Shown piece by piece: positions 10,585-21,224 of a stretch of DNA of 64,000 bases. Source of the DNA: Candidatus Gottesmanbacteria bacterium (GTDB lineage Bacteria; Patescibacteriota; Microgenomatia; UBA10105); NCBI GenBank assembly GCA_023245415.1, contig JAHFKJ010000004.1, positions 2,798-66,797 of the forward strand. The letters run 5' to 3'. The notes below the pieces were generated by a model. That model saw only the letters and a list, made by a program, of their open reading frames with translations. It did no database searches and was not told the DNA's origin. The translations under genes and the position numbers were made by a program. Position 1 is the stretch's first letter. Every line of letters starts with the position of its first letter.

Positions 10585-11137
10585 GGGATTTTAAAGCAAT
10601 ATTAAGTTGGATTAATTCTTCAACCAAGCGCAAACAGCGCTCTTTAATTTCTGCATTAACTAATTCATATTCCGTTCCTCTATCCGCGTAATCATCATTT
10701 GCCGTCCCAATTTGAGACTGTAACGCATAACCATACATTGCCCGGACAACTAAACGTAAATGCTCACACGGATGCGCACAATTGCGGATTGAGCTGGAGT
10801 TACTCACCAAGGCTACAGGTTTATTACGTAAAGCGTCATAGTATAAATTATCCAAGGCATTTTTAAGGACGCCGGAATAAGACCCATGATACAGTGGTGA
10901 ACCAAGGACAAAGCCATCAGAGTTAGTAACTAATGTAACGAAATTTTTTACCAATTGGTTGGGAGTTAGTAGCGGGTTTTTATGAAACTCAGGCAGAGCA
11001 ATCGATAAGGGTTTTTCCCGTAAATCCCAAAAAATTGTTTCCATTCCCTTCTTTTGCAACAATTTTTCTATATGTCTTAACAAAATACGGGTATGGGATT
11101 TGTTAGCAATACTTCCGCAAACCAGCATTATTTTCAT
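10562..11137 (-). CDS. NADPH-dependent FMN reductase
   Basis: CGS...S; SPLYHGSYSGVLKNALD. Confidence 0.9.
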   Translation of the reverse strand: MKIMLVCGSIANKSHTRILLRHIEKLLQKKGMETIFWDLREKPLSIALPEFHKNPLLTPNQLVKNFVTLVTNSDGFVLGSPLYHGSYSGVLKNALDNLYYDALRNKPVALVSNSSSIRNCAHPCEHLRLVVRAMYGYALQSQIGTANDDYADRGTEYELVNAEIKERCLRLVEELIQLNIALKSHDISKED

Positions 11138-11279
11138 AATTAATTTATAAAGGGTTAAGTTTCAATCCCCTATTCTATCAAAAAAAACTAACCTGCACCC
11201 AAATTAGTATGAACCTACCTGGAATGTCAAACATTCTTTGCCTGCAGGCAAGCTTACATACTGGAGGTGAGTTTTGATT

Positions 11280-11455
11280 TATATTTGTTTTTTTTAATTA
11301 ATACCCAAATCGTGGCGAGAGATCCGATAGGAATAATAATCCAACCGATTACGGAAATTGGAACGAACGAAAAAAGCAGTATTCCAAAGTACATATCCGA
11401 TAAACCATAGTCCAAAACCCCTGCCTATCGTATCTTTGAGTATTTGCATATTCAT
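11280..11455 (-). pseudogene. Truncated, frameshifted small membrane-protein gene
   Basis: MNMQILKDTIGRGFGLWFIGYVL then frameshift to GILLFSFVPISVIGWIIIPIG. Confidence 0.4.
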
Positions 11456-11522
11456 GAATTGAATCTTGTCTATATATTATCCTTATACAAAGTGAAGTCA
11501 AATAATAATACAGGGTAAAAGT

Positions 11523-11846
11523 TCAGATGTTTTGTTTTTTAAGGCGTTTCTCAAGTTCATCCATAGTCTTTAAAAAATTCTGTTCAATATCTATCTCATA
11601 TTTTTCAGAGAGAACTAAAATACTCCACAAACAGTCTGCGAGTTCGTGAGCTAACTTTTCATCTATATTTTTAACCTCACGAAGGCCTTCTTTTGCCATG
11701 ACTAGCTTCATTAAATCCCCAATATCTCCAACCAGTCCTTCCATCAGATTAAGATTGCTCCACTCTTTTCCGGTCTTTCTTTTTTCATGCTCTGAGTATT
11801 TAGTACGAATTTCTAACGCTTTTTGAGTAAGTTGCTTTATATCCAT
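11523..11846 (-). CDS. MazG-like nucleotide pyrophosphohydrolase
   Basis: LVGDIGDL...HELADCLW motif. Confidence 0.8.
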   Translation of the reverse strand: MDIKQLTQKALEIRTKYSEHEKRKTGKEWSNLNLMEGLVGDIGDLMKLVMAKEGLREVKNIDEKLAHELADCLWSILVLSEKYEIDIEQNFLKTMDELEKRLKKQNI

Positions 11847-12008
11847 ACAGAGAATTTACCATGAAAGATTCAATACTCTAATTATATCATTAAAATAAAG
11901 TTAAAAATGTTGTAACTGCATGGGGTATTCTTCCAAATTACTATCACTATGGTAGGTCTAGTTCATCAGATGTGTGGCTTGAAACTGAAACAAAGGTATA
12001 ATAGATCC

Positions 12009-12473
12009 ATGCAAAAAGCACCACGACAAATCATGTTTACTAATGAAGGCTATCAAAAAGTCAAAGATGAGTTTGAGCGGCTAACCCAGAAACGGAAAGA
12101 GGCAATTACGAGTCTGCAGCGGGCTCGGGAAATGGGAGACTTGAGTGAAAATGGCGCTTATAAAGCCGCCAGGTTTACTCTCTCAGATATCGACCGGCAA
12201 CTGAGGTGGCTCAAATATCAGATCCACTTTGGCGTCGTTACTAAGGCAACTCATACTGGCAGGATCGGATTCGGTAATACGGTAACTATCAAAAATGATA
12301 AAGGAAGCATCGAGTTCATGCTTGTTGACGGGTTTGAATCAAATCCTAGGGATAAAAAACTTTCAGTTCATTCTCCCATTGGCCGGGCAGTCGTGGGTAA
12401 AAAAGTGGGACAAACAGTGGTTGTCACTGCCCCGAAAGGTACGACTGAATATATGATTACCAGTCTTGAGTAA
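12009..12473 (+). CDS. greA: GreA/GreB transcription elongation factor
   Basis: GDLSENGAYKAAR and SPIGRAVVGKKVG; start moved to ATG 12009. Confidence 0.9.
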   Translation: MQKAPRQIMFTNEGYQKVKDEFERLTQKRKEAITSLQRAREMGDLSENGAYKAARFTLSDIDRQLRWLKYQIHFGVVTKATHTGRIGFGNTVTIKNDKGSIEFMLVDGFESNPRDKKLSVHSPIGRAVVGKKVGQTVVVTAPKGTTEYMITSLE

Positions 12474-12492
12474 GAAATGGCAATTAATTTTT

Positions 12493-13020
12493 TCAATCAC
12501 CGCAGGTAGTACTTTTTTTAGCCATTTCGGTAATATATTCTTTTGTCACTGCTTCCTTAAGATGTACCGGATCGTTACTTCCGATAAACACCACCAGACT
12601 ATCATTGGGTTGGATGGGTAAATTTAAAAATGAAGGTATAATTTTTTCCCCTATATAACCTGTGGTGATTTTTTCATCAATGGGAAAATTGATATTGGTA
12701 AATAAATCTTTCCAGGTTGCTCCCCTTGCTTCAACATGTACCAAATCACCTACATTGTTATGCAGATGCGCTTTCTCCAGTTGCGGGTTTTCATGTTCCT
12801 CGTCTTCCTTACCATTTACTGTACACGGTTTGGTGTACATATATTTAATATCTGAAAAATCAATTTTCCGGTTATTTTGAAAAACTATAAATCCGCCGTG
12901 ATAGTGAACTTTAGGTTTCAGAATAAGCTTTTTAAATGCGAAAAAAATTCCGCCTCCTATAACTACGCCAACAATTAGAATAATGACAATGGTATGTTTA
13001 TTAATATGAGCTTTCAGCAT
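12493..13020 (-). CDS. Membrane-anchored hypothetical protein
   Basis: N-terminal TM; HYH...HLH...HVE His-rich motifs. Confidence 0.6.
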   Translation of the reverse strand: MLKAHINKHTIVIILIVGVVIGGGIFFAFKKLILKPKVHYHGGFIVFQNNRKIDFSDIKYMYTKPCTVNGKEDEEHENPQLEKAHLHNNVGDLVHVEARGATWKDLFTNINFPIDEKITTGYIGEKIIPSFLNLPIQPNDSLVVFIGSNDPVHLKEAVTKEYITEMAKKSTTCGD

Positions 13021-13099
13021 ATTTATAAATATTTATCTATTTAAAACTCGAGCATCAATCCATTTATAGCATATTTGCTTTCCTAAATAATTTATTTGA

Positions 13100-14314
13100 C
13101 TACTCATACCGCAGCGCGTCGATCGGAGAAAGTTTGGCTGCACGCCGGGCTGGATAAATTCCAAACACCACTCCAACGATCGTTGATACACCAACTGCCA
13201 GAAGTATCGCACTGGGCTGCAAAACAAAAGGAATAGGCAAAAATCGTGTGGCCAAAAATGATAATGATATACCCAGAATTATACCCACAATACCGCCTGA
13301 GACCGTCAAAACTATTGACTCAATTAGAAACTGCATCAAAATATCTTTTCTTTTAGCGCCAATCGCTTTGAGAAGTCCGATTTCTTTGGTGCGTTCGGTA
13401 ACGGTCACCAGCATAATATTCATGATGCCAATTCCTCCAACGACCAACGAGATTGCCGCAATTCCCGCCAGCATTCCAGTCAGAAGTCCGGTAACATTAT
13501 TTACGATCGAGAGCGCATCTTTTGAATTTCTAACGGTAAAGTCTGCAAGTACGGGATCGGTAATTTTATGTTGATCAAGTAAAAAAGCAATAATCTGCTC
13601 CTGTGTTTCGTCAACTTTTTTAGCATCGGTAGCTTGAGCTAATATTGCCTGAACTGAATCTTGGCCAAGAAAAACCTTCATCGCCGTAGTAGCTGGCACA
13701 TAGACTGTTTCATCAGGATTTGTAAATCCAACGCTACCCTTTGCTTTTGTTACTCCAATTATTCGAAAAGATCGTGATTTTATAGTAATTGTTTCACCTA
13801 TCGGATGAGCATCCTCCCCAAACAAATCAGCAACCACATCAGGTCCTAAAACTGCTACCCGACTATATCCGGATTCATCTTCCGGGCTTATAAATTCTCC
13901 CTGATTCATTTCCAAGCTGTTAATATTTGCATAGGTGGCACTAATCCCCAGTATCGAGGCATTTTTATTCTGTCCGTTGGTTACAACTTCAGCCTGAGTG
14001 GTAACTTGAGCCGAAACATCTCCAAGGTCCGGCATGCGTGTTTTATCGGCAAGAGCTAGCATATCAGCGTATTTCAAAGAGTTCGACGCCGAAGGTGGAC
14101 GACCGGGTATTTGTTTACCAGGTACGATAAATATCAGATTTGCTCCCAGTGATGAAACTTGTGAAGTGATTGAACTGCTCGCGCCTTGTCCCAAAGAAAT
14201 AATGAGAATAACTGAGGCAATACCAATAATGATACCAAGCATCGTTAGTATAGTCCGGAGTATATTTCCCCGTAGGGCGCGTATAGCAGATCTGATAATT
14301 TGGACGTAATTCAT
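13100..14314 (-). CDS. MacB/FtsX-type ABC transporter permease
   Basis: LTMLGIIIG; GGIGIMNIMLVTVTERTKEIG; PIDALRYE. Confidence 0.95.
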   Translation of the reverse strand: MNYVQIIRSAIRALRGNILRTILTMLGIIIGIASVILIISLGQGASSSITSQVSSLGANLIFIVPGKQIPGRPPSASNSLKYADMLALADKTRMPDLGDVSAQVTTQAEVVTNGQNKNASILGISATYANINSLEMNQGEFISPEDESGYSRVAVLGPDVVADLFGEDAHPIGETITIKSRSFRIIGVTKAKGSVGFTNPDETVYVPATTAMKVFLGQDSVQAILAQATDAKKVDETQEQIIAFLLDQHKITDPVLADFTVRNSKDALSIVNNVTGLLTGMLAGIAAISLVVGGIGIMNIMLVTVTERTKEIGLLKAIGAKRKDILMQFLIESIVLTVSGGIVGIILGISLSFLATRFLPIPFVLQPSAILLAVGVSTIVGVVFGIYPARRAAKLSPIDALRYE

Positions 14315-14315
14315 A

Positions 14316-15029
14316 TTATTTTTTGGCGATAAATCGATTATTTTCTTTATCGGAAATAATCAAACCGTCTTTTAAGAGAATGATACGATTGGCAAACGCG
14401 GCAATATCCGACTCATGAGTAATCACGATAATCGTTCTGCCTTTTTTATTGAGATCTTGTAAAAATGTCATAATTTCATGAGACGTTTTACTGTCTAAGT
14501 TTCCGGTGGGTTCATCAGCCAAAATCATGGACGGATCCATAACTATTGCTCGGGCGATAGCCACACGCTGGATTTGTCCGCCGGAAATATGATTTGATAA
14601 ATTGGAAGCTTTATCCTCCAAGTGTACGAGGCGCAAACATTCAAACGCCCGCTCCGTTTGTTCATTTTGAGGCACCCGGCCATACATCATGGGTCTAATA
14701 ACATTATCGAGCACTGTCGTTCTGGGAAGAAGATTGAAGGCTTGAAAAACAAACCCTATTTCCTGATTTCTGATTTCTGCCAGTTGATCTTCGGAATATG
14801 CACTGATGTTTTTATTATTGAGAGTATATGTCCCCGAAGTTGGGGTATCTAACGCCCCGATAATATGCATAGTTGTGGATTTGCCGCTTCCCGATGGACC
14901 CATGATGGCTACAAATTCACCCTTGTAGACTTCAAGCGAAATCCCCTTAAGCGCCTGACATTCTGCGCTACCTGTAATATAACTTTTCGTAATATTCCGA
15001 AGCGATATAATAGGTTTTTTGTCGATCAT
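14316..15029 (-). CDS. ABC transporter ATP-binding protein (MacB/LolD type)
   Basis: [16 protein letters not shown] and ADEPTGNLD. Confidence 0.95.
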   Translation of the reverse strand: MIDKKPIISLRNITKSYITGSAECQALKGISLEVYKGEFVAIMGPSGSGKSTTMHIIGALDTPTSGTYTLNNKNISAYSEDQLAEIRNQEIGFVFQAFNLLPRTTVLDNVIRPMMYGRVPQNEQTERAFECLRLVHLEDKASNLSNHISGGQIQRVAIARAIVMDPSMILADEPTGNLDSKTSHEIMTFLQDLNKKGRTIIVITHESDIAAFANRIILLKDGLIISDKENNRFIAKK

Positions 15030-15047
15030 ACATCATACTTATGACAA

Positions 15048-16331
15048 CTAATTTATTGAGCTCGTAACTATCCAGTCGCCAACAGAAACACCTGCAGTAA
15101 CTTCAGTTCGGGTAGTACCTTTTAGACCGGTTTTGACCGGTATATAGTGAAAAGGAAGCATTTTACCGGCTTTATTTTTTACCATGCTATCTTTATTTTC
15201 CCCTGCCACTATCACTGCTTTACCTCCTTTATAGGGCTTAATCCCGGCGTTAGGAACAGTTAGCACATTCTCGTGTTTTGCAGTTTCTATAGATACAGTA
15301 ACTGTCATCTCCGTCTTTATATTCGCGTCTGGATTATTTAAATAAATCGTTGCATTATAAGTAATAACTCCATTCGTGTTCGTTCCAGCTGTGTCAATCG
15401 TTGCGATATGGCCGTTAAATTTTTTCTCGCGAAACGCATCAAACGTAATTGTGGCAGTTTGACCAATTTTCACTTTGTCAACATCTACCTCATTAAAAGC
15501 TATTTTGATCACTGTTTTTGAAATATCTCCCAGAATTACGAGTGTTGGAACCCCAGATACTGCTGTTGCAAGTGATGAACTGACCGTTACTCTATCTCCC
15601 AGAGAAGCTGAAAAATTTGCGATCACCCCTGGGACTGGAGCGGTAATTACCACATTCTGGGTTGCCTGATATGCGAGCCAAGTTGAGTTAACAGACGCTT
15701 TGGCAGCAGCAATCGCACTATCTGCTTCAAGAAATTTTTTCTCAGTCGCTGAAAAATCCTTCCTGGCTTGGGTAAGGGCGGCATCAATAGTGTCTTTTTC
15801 CAGTTGCGTATATTCAAGATGAGTATCCGGATTGATATTGTGGTTGTTTTTATAAATAACTGCCTCTTGAGCTGACAAAACTTTTTGTTGCGATGTCCAC
15901 ATCGAGGCATCAGCTGAAAGTTTACTTTGTTCCGCGGTTTTTTGAGTACTCACCGCACTTTGATAAGCTGTATAAGCTGTGGCTTGATCTTGAGTAGTTG
16001 CCGTACTTTTTACCTTAAAAAGGCTTTCTCCACGATCGATCGCATCACCATTTTTTACATATACTTCTTCAATATATCCTGTGCTTGATGAATACACATC
16101 AAATCTTCCCGAAGAAGTTACATTTCCGCTTTCTGAAACCACATCAACAACCGTATCCAGAGTTACCGGTTCAGTCGTATATTGTGGGCCTTTTTTTCGC
16201 AGCGGTGAGGCAAGAATAAGAAATACCGCAAGTACAACCATAATAATAGCTAATTTCTTTTTCTTGGACGCTTTCAGAAATGAGTTCTTAAGAGTAATAA
16301 TTTTTTTAAAAAATGGACGAATAATTTTCAT
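15048..16331 (-). CDS. Efflux periplasmic adaptor (MacA/HlyD-like)
   Basis: N-terminal TM, lipoyl halves (VKNGD; APVPG), coiled coil; in operon with ABC genes. Confidence 0.85.
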   Translation of the reverse strand: MKIIRPFFKKIITLKNSFLKASKKKKLAIIMVVLAVFLILASPLRKKGPQYTTEPVTLDTVVDVVSESGNVTSSGRFDVYSSSTGYIEEVYVKNGDAIDRGESLFKVKSTATTQDQATAYTAYQSAVSTQKTAEQSKLSADASMWTSQQKVLSAQEAVIYKNNHNINPDTHLEYTQLEKDTIDAALTQARKDFSATEKKFLEADSAIAAAKASVNSTWLAYQATQNVVITAPVPGVIANFSASLGDRVTVSSSLATAVSGVPTLVILGDISKTVIKIAFNEVDVDKVKIGQTATITFDAFREKKFNGHIATIDTAGTNTNGVITYNATIYLNNPDANIKTEMTVTVSIETAKHENVLTVPNAGIKPYKGGKAVIVAGENKDSMVKNKAGKMLPFHYIPVKTGLKGTTRTEVTAGVSVGDWIVTSSIN

Positions 16332-16336
16332 AACAG

Positions 16337-16780
16337 TTAATTTCGTTGTTCTTTTTGTAACGTATCAATAAGATTGATATGAATCCTGACAAGCTCCCGC
16401 AAGTCTTGATCGGGAATTTTTGAAAAAATTTTACTCATCTTATCCATGAATTTCTTTTTTAAGTTTATAATTTCCCGTTCTCCTGCAAGAGTAATAGTAA
16501 GCCTGACTATCCGTCTATCTTCCTGGTCATCCATCCGTTTTACGAGTTTGGCTTTTACCAGCCGCTCGATAAGCTGTGTGGCTGATGATTTTGACAGCTT
16601 TAATTGTCCAGCAATATCCCCAACCGTACTTAGCTTTTTCTCTATCAAAAATTTGAGTGCTGAAAATTGCATAAACGTTGCAATTCGTTCATCATGCGAT
16701 TCTTGAGTTTGCGCATCAAGAAATTTGTGCAACTGGCCCATGGTGTTGAATAGCTGTTCTATATAGTGCTGCTTATTCAT
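16337..16780 (-). CDS. MarR-family regulator
   Basis: SSATQLIERLVKAKLVKR..DRR wHTH. Confidence 0.9.
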   Translation of the reverse strand: MNKQHYIEQLFNTMGQLHKFLDAQTQESHDERIATFMQFSALKFLIEKKLSTVGDIAGQLKLSKSSATQLIERLVKAKLVKRMDDQEDRRIVRLTITLAGEREIINLKKKFMDKMSKIFSKIPDQDLRELVRIHINLIDTLQKEQRN

Positions 16781-16800
16781 AAGTTTTATTTATCTGTTAA

Positions 16801-16821
16801 ATAGTTTAACACATTAACTAT
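16801..16821. promoter_or_regulatory. Putative MarR operator
   Basis: Inverted repeat ATAGTT..AACTAT just upstream of marR. Confidence 0.45.
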
Positions 16822-16920
16822 ATTTGATCAAGAAGTCCAAGATGCTGGTGGATAAACTCATTTGAACGATAAAAAGATGCGGATGGAAATATGATCCAAC
16901 TGATTCAGTTGACTGAAAAT

Positions 16921-17287
16921 TTATTTCTTATTAAATTTGGTTACCTTATGCACTTCACCCATTTTGTCGTATGTGGTCCACTTTCCTACTTGTTTGCCCT
17001 TTGCAAAATAACCCGAGCGCATTTTCATATTATTTCCGCCTGCCGGCGAGGCAGGTTTTCTATACCATTCCCAATATCCGTCGCACCTTCCTGTGTGCTT
17101 CTTTCTGATTTGTAATGATATTTCCCAAAGCCCACGATGCTTGTCCCCCACATGACTGCTTTTTCTCCGGTGATTTTATGAAACAACTCAAGAAGCACTA
17201 AGCTGTCACGCCGTTTTTCTTTCGGTTCGACCGTGTTGAGAAAATCTTCTGCTTTTGGGTAGTAGGTTTTGTTTTTAACTCGGACAT
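16921..17287 (-). pseudogene. Chimeric pseudogene: frameshifted DUF1801 N-terminal half joined to a MORN/YwqK-like C-terminus
   Basis: MSELKTKPT..DFLNTVEP..VMWGTSIVGFGKYHYKSERS matches 25156-25572, then switches to DGYWEWYRK...SGYF..GKQVGKWTTYD. Confidence 0.7.
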
Positions 17288-17334
17288 AATAGTTTAAGTC
17301 AACACCAGGATTGGCAATATATATTTAGATCTTC

Positions 17335-17862
17335 CTAACCACTTATTACAAAGGCACGAATTGGAGATCCGTCACTTTCTTTAATTTTCAGCGGTAGTCC
17401 GTAAAAAGTAAATGAAGCTGGTAATTGGTCGGTATTGGCTAAATTTTCGAAGGAAACAATATCATTTTCACAGAGTAGTTTTTCTACTGGGATATCAAAC
17501 TCGAACTGTGCTGAGAGCCCAACAAATTTAGGTGGAGTTTTTACCAGTTGCCGTACCAATTTCATATCTATATTTTGTGAGTGAAATACTACACCTATAT
17601 CTGTATCAAAAGTCATGTTTGAACTATAAAGAACAGCTTTGCCGAAAAAACGTTCGAGGGTAAGATCATCGAGCGTTTTTCCATTTTGAGCCATATGGTA
17701 GGGCGCATTTACATGTGTGCCTATATGAGTCGTAAGTGTGAGTTGTCGTAAATTCCAACCCTCTTTTTCAAGCGTGTGGATTTCTTGAATACTCACCGCT
17801 GGGTCACCTGGATATACCGGCATATTGTTGTAGAGTGTTTGAGTTAAGTCAATAATATGCAT
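17335..17862 (-). CDS. Cyclase family protein (KynB-like)
   Basis: MPVYPGDP; THIGTHVNAPYH; DGSPIRA. Confidence 0.85.
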   Translation of the reverse strand: MHIIDLTQTLYNNMPVYPGDPAVSIQEIHTLEKEGWNLRQLTLTTHIGTHVNAPYHMAQNGKTLDDLTLERFFGKAVLYSSNMTFDTDIGVVFHSQNIDMKLVRQLVKTPPKFVGLSAQFEFDIPVEKLLCENDIVSFENLANTDQLPASFTFYGLPLKIKESDGSPIRAFVISG

Positions 17863-18078
17863 TCCTGCATTATAACAAAATCCTATTTTGGCCTACTATG
17901 AATAAACCACTTGCTTCTAAGTTTAATAACTTTTTGAATAACACGCTTAACCCCATCAACATTCATCAGCTCTAATGCTTCACTTGAATTCACCCACTTA
18001 TAGTTTTGCTGCTCTTTTGGGCAATATTTTTTTTGCTTGTGCTTTTATAATTTGCTTTATCGGGAAATCCCTAGGTGT

Positions 18079-18139
18079 CAAGCCATTCTACCCCCGAGGT
18101 GGAAATATCAAGCCATTCTACCCCCGAGGTGGAAATATA
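18079..18139. repeat. 30-bp tandem duplication containing a REP-like hairpin
   Basis: (T)CAAGCCATTCTACCCCCGAGGTGGAAATAT x2. Confidence 0.85.
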
Positions 18140-18261
18140 TCCGTCTCATGAATAATTTTACGAATTTTAGCAAGCATTTTACCACGCCAGCTCGCCTCGT
18201 GAAGCGGGTCGGAAAGATCTGCTATGAAACGATCAATTTTTTCACTTGGTTTTATTGACAT
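18118..18261 (-). pseudogene. DUF1801/YdhG-like N-terminal fragment
   Basis: MSIKPSEKIDRFIADLSD[PLHEAS]WRGKMLAKIRKIIHETD, truncated at the tandem repeat. Confidence 0.6.
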
Positions 18262-18530
18262 ATCATTTATTCCTAGGGATCGTTCAGAAAAAAATGGATA
18301 GTTATATTTGCTCCGAACTCTTGTGCCACACAAAGATCAAATTATTATAGAATGCGGTTTTTATTATAACAATTGTTTATTAAAATACGGATTTAAATTT
18401 ATCCGTCATAAAAGTTTGTTTTTTATGAAAGAAAAGTTATAACTACAAAAGCCGCCAGTCACCTCGTTTTTTTATACAAGCTTCCTGACGGCTCTTTTCA
18501 ATATTAAACTGCTTTTTGTAAAAAAATAGA

Positions 18531-18860
18531 TTACATTGGCATCGCTTCATATACGCGAACAGCGCCTTCACTATCATCTTTAAGTGCTGGACATCCCTTA
18601 GCAATTTTTGTTGCATCATCCATACTACTTGCATTGATGATGGTGTAACCTTTTGCCGGCCACATATCAGCTGGAATAGTTTCTGTACCTTTCGCAGATA
18701 CAGATTTTGCACCAGGAGCAAATGGGTTACCACCGTCAACCATCTTATCTTTAAATGTGCCAAACCAAGCCATCCATTTATCCATTGTTTCTTTCATGTG
18801 CGCTTTATCAATATCTTCTGGTCGTACACTACCGTAATATACAAATACATATTTTTTCAT
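18531..18860 (-). CDS. YciI-family protein
   Basis: W..W...DGGNP...GYTIINASSMDDA..IAKGCP. Confidence 0.75.
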   Translation of the reverse strand: MKKYVFVYYGSVRPEDIDKAHMKETMDKWMAWFGTFKDKMVDGGNPFAPGAKSVSAKGTETIPADMWPAKGYTIINASSMDDATKIAKGCPALKDDSEGAVRVYEAMPM

Positions 18861-18941
18861 TTTTTCTCACCTCCTTCCTGCCCGCTGTTCAAGTGCTCTT
18901 CAGTCCGAGAACGAATAGTTCTGAAAAGGACTAAGGTAAGC

Positions 18942-19292
18942 TTAGGCGGGTCGTTTTTTAATTTTCAGATAGGCCGCATAATTTTCTAAAGTTTCTTCAT
19001 CACTGCCCCAATAAGAATTGTATTGCATAAGCCAATCTTGGATACCACGCAAAGATTGTCGATTAATTGTAAGAAACTTAATTCGGCCGATTTTCTTGAG
19101 CTTGATCAAACCTGCATCCTCAAGTATTTTTACGTGTTTGTGAATTGCTGGAAGTGAGAGATCACGCAAAGATGCTAATTGACTTATTGAATAAGGCTGG
19201 AGACCTAAAACGTAAATCATCTCTCGTCTGTGCTTGTTGGCAAGAGCTACAAAAACCTTATCTAGGGCATGTGGTGCGTGTGACCTGATCAT
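18942..19292 (-). CDS. ArsR/SmtB-family regulator
   Basis: LDKVFVALAN..RR...SLPAIHKHVKILE.AGL; start moved to ATG 19292. Confidence 0.85.
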   Translation of the reverse strand: MIRSHAPHALDKVFVALANKHRREMIYVLGLQPYSISQLASLRDLSLPAIHKHVKILEDAGLIKLKKIGRIKFLTINRQSLRGIQDWLMQYNSYWGSDEETLENYAAYLKIKKRPA

Positions 19293-19299
19293 AATAGTT

Positions 19300-19314
19300 A
19301 ACTTAACGGTTAAG
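19300..19314. promoter_or_regulatory. Putative ArsR operator
   Basis: Palindrome ACTTAAC-G-GTTAAGT directly upstream of the ArsR start. Confidence 0.55.
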
Positions 19315-19488
19315 TATAATATGCAATGTGAGTTCTTGTCAATCAGATTATGATAGTTGGTAAGGGACAAATCAGAGCATTCTCCGGAGTCCATTTCTTA
19401 GACTGTGTCTATGACAGATTTCATAAACACTATAAATAATACCCACAGCATTTGAAAAAGCTCTCTGCTCCAAGGCGTAAGGAAAATG

Positions 19489-20373
19489 TCACTTTTGTAG
19501 CGGACCGATATGGACGGGTTTTGCGCCGGGGTTAGGGAAAGGATCCTCCTTCAAAAAAATGAAATCACTATTGAAATCATAACTTTGATCTCTTAAAAAA
19601 CCTTCATTATTGTGGCCACCCCCACACTTCAAAGGATGAGCATCTCTATACTCTCTTGAAATTATAAAATCTTCTCTTTTAAATCCCATGTTTGCAAAAG
19701 GGATAAAAGCCGCATCAGTCATCTCATCAAAAAGAGAAAGCAAAACCGGCCCTTTAAATAAAATGTTTGCCTCAATAGAAAAATCCGTACCGTCTTTGGG
19801 GCCGATTGTGCCAATTTGCTGACCGGACGCAACTTTTACGCCCACTTTATTAAATTCCGGAAGCAAATCTATGTGGAATAATCTGCCAAAGTAGTCGGGG
19901 TAAAGATTGGAGCGCACATGGACTTGTTTACCTATTGGAGTTTGTTCTGAGGAAATATCGGTAATTGTTCCATCAAAAGGAGCAAAAATCTTGATATTGG
20001 GTTGATCTGCTGTTGGAAACGAACGAATAGGCATACGAGTTACCTGATCCATATTTCTGCCATCATTTATATAATGCTTCATGCTCCGGCATGTTTCGCC
20101 ATTCCATGTATTTGAATAGTCGTGCCCCGCTTCCGAACGGAATTTGGAGATTTTATAAATTCTCTCAAACTCAACAGGCATGCTTGTTACCAGGTTTTTA
20201 GGAATTTTGCTTTCATCAAAAAAAATTATTGGTCTTTGCCAATTCCAAATAAAAGCCCCAAAAGCTACTAAAATTCCCAGTGTCACCAAACCAATTATCT
20301 TAACTGGATTTTTCATAAATTTTAGTAAATTTATTTTATGGCTATTCTGGCTTTGTCCATTTTTATCAGCCAA
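19489..20373 (-). CDS. Membrane-anchored hypothetical protein with M23-like fold elements
   Basis: TM; IFAPFDGTI...HID...VASGQQIG. Confidence 0.55.
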   Translation of the reverse strand: MADKNGQSQNSHKINLLKFMKNPVKIIGLVTLGILVAFGAFIWNWQRPIIFFDESKIPKNLVTSMPVEFERIYKISKFRSEAGHDYSNTWNGETCRSMKHYINDGRNMDQVTRMPIRSFPTADQPNIKIFAPFDGTITDISSEQTPIGKQVHVRSNLYPDYFGRLFHIDLLPEFNKVGVKVASGQQIGTIGPKDGTDFSIEANILFKGPVLLSLFDEMTDAAFIPFANMGFKREDFIISREYRDAHPLKCGGGHNNEGFLRDQSYDFNSDFIFLKEDPFPNPGAKPVHIGPLQK

Positions 20374-20680
20374 TTAATCCCTCCAAAACAGCACACCCGT
20401 CGCTTTCCGGAAGATATCTTCGAGCATTCCACGTTAATCCGCCGCGCATGGGTCTCAGCTTTCTTGGCAGTAGTAATCCACAAGATCCAATCCCTGCGTG
20501 TAAAGGGGTGTGATTTCCGACCACAACTTCCGCGCTTTAGGATTTGCCGCCAGCGCCTTTTGTAAATCTACCGGCATCTTGACGCCGATATCTCTCCTAC
20601 CGTTGCAATCTCTAACGTTTCAGCCATTATCAGGATAATAGCTTACTCCGACCATGCCTTCAGCATCCAAATCAACTCGT
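20370..20680 (-). pseudogene. YdeI/OmpD-associated family remnant
   Basis: MPVDLQKALAANPKARKLW then frameshift to RRDWILWITTAKKAET..RR...GKRRVCCF. Confidence 0.65.
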
Positions 20681-20685
20681 GATCC

Positions 20686-21153
20686 TTACATCACTCCCAG
20701 CACTAAAAAATAAATTCCCACCGTTGAGAGCAAAAGTGAAAAAATCCAAACAAATTTCCTTTTTACCAGCACCCCCATAGCTGAAATGGCAATCGCAATC
20801 TCAAAAAACGTCCCGGCAGTAGTCAACTCAGTATTTCGTGCAAAATAAGCAGTTGCCTTGGCCGTCGAGTCATCTGCCTGTTTTTCCAACCCTTTGACTT
20901 GCTGCTGGAGTTTCTGCTGATCTGATTGATTATTAGCAAGTTTAAGTATTCGATTGGCAATATCATTGGCTAGATAAGAGTTCCATTCTTTATTAGCCTT
21001 GGCTTGGTAATAATTGGAATTGTTCTTCTCTAGTAACAATGAGCTAGCGGCTGAACCCGCCCGCAGAGACGTAACGGCTGCCAAAACTGCAATCACCGCC
21101 GTAGTAGCAGCAATATAATCACGCCAATCAAATGTCTTTTCATTTCTTGCCAT
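20686..21153 (-). CDS. DUF4337-like membrane protein
   Basis: TTAVIAVLAA...YYQAK...EIAIAIS pattern. Confidence 0.6.
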   Translation of the reverse strand: MARNEKTFDWRDYIAATTAVIAVLAAVTSLRAGSAASSLLLEKNNSNYYQAKANKEWNSYLANDIANRILKLANNQSDQQKLQQQVKGLEKQADDSTAKATAYFARNTELTTAGTFFEIAIAISAMGVLVKRKFVWIFSLLLSTVGIYFLVLGVM

Positions 21154-21224
21154 AGTTCCAGTATGAATCTTTTTTTCATTACTTACAATGGTTTTGCGAA
21201 TAAAAAAAGACTACACTAAATACT

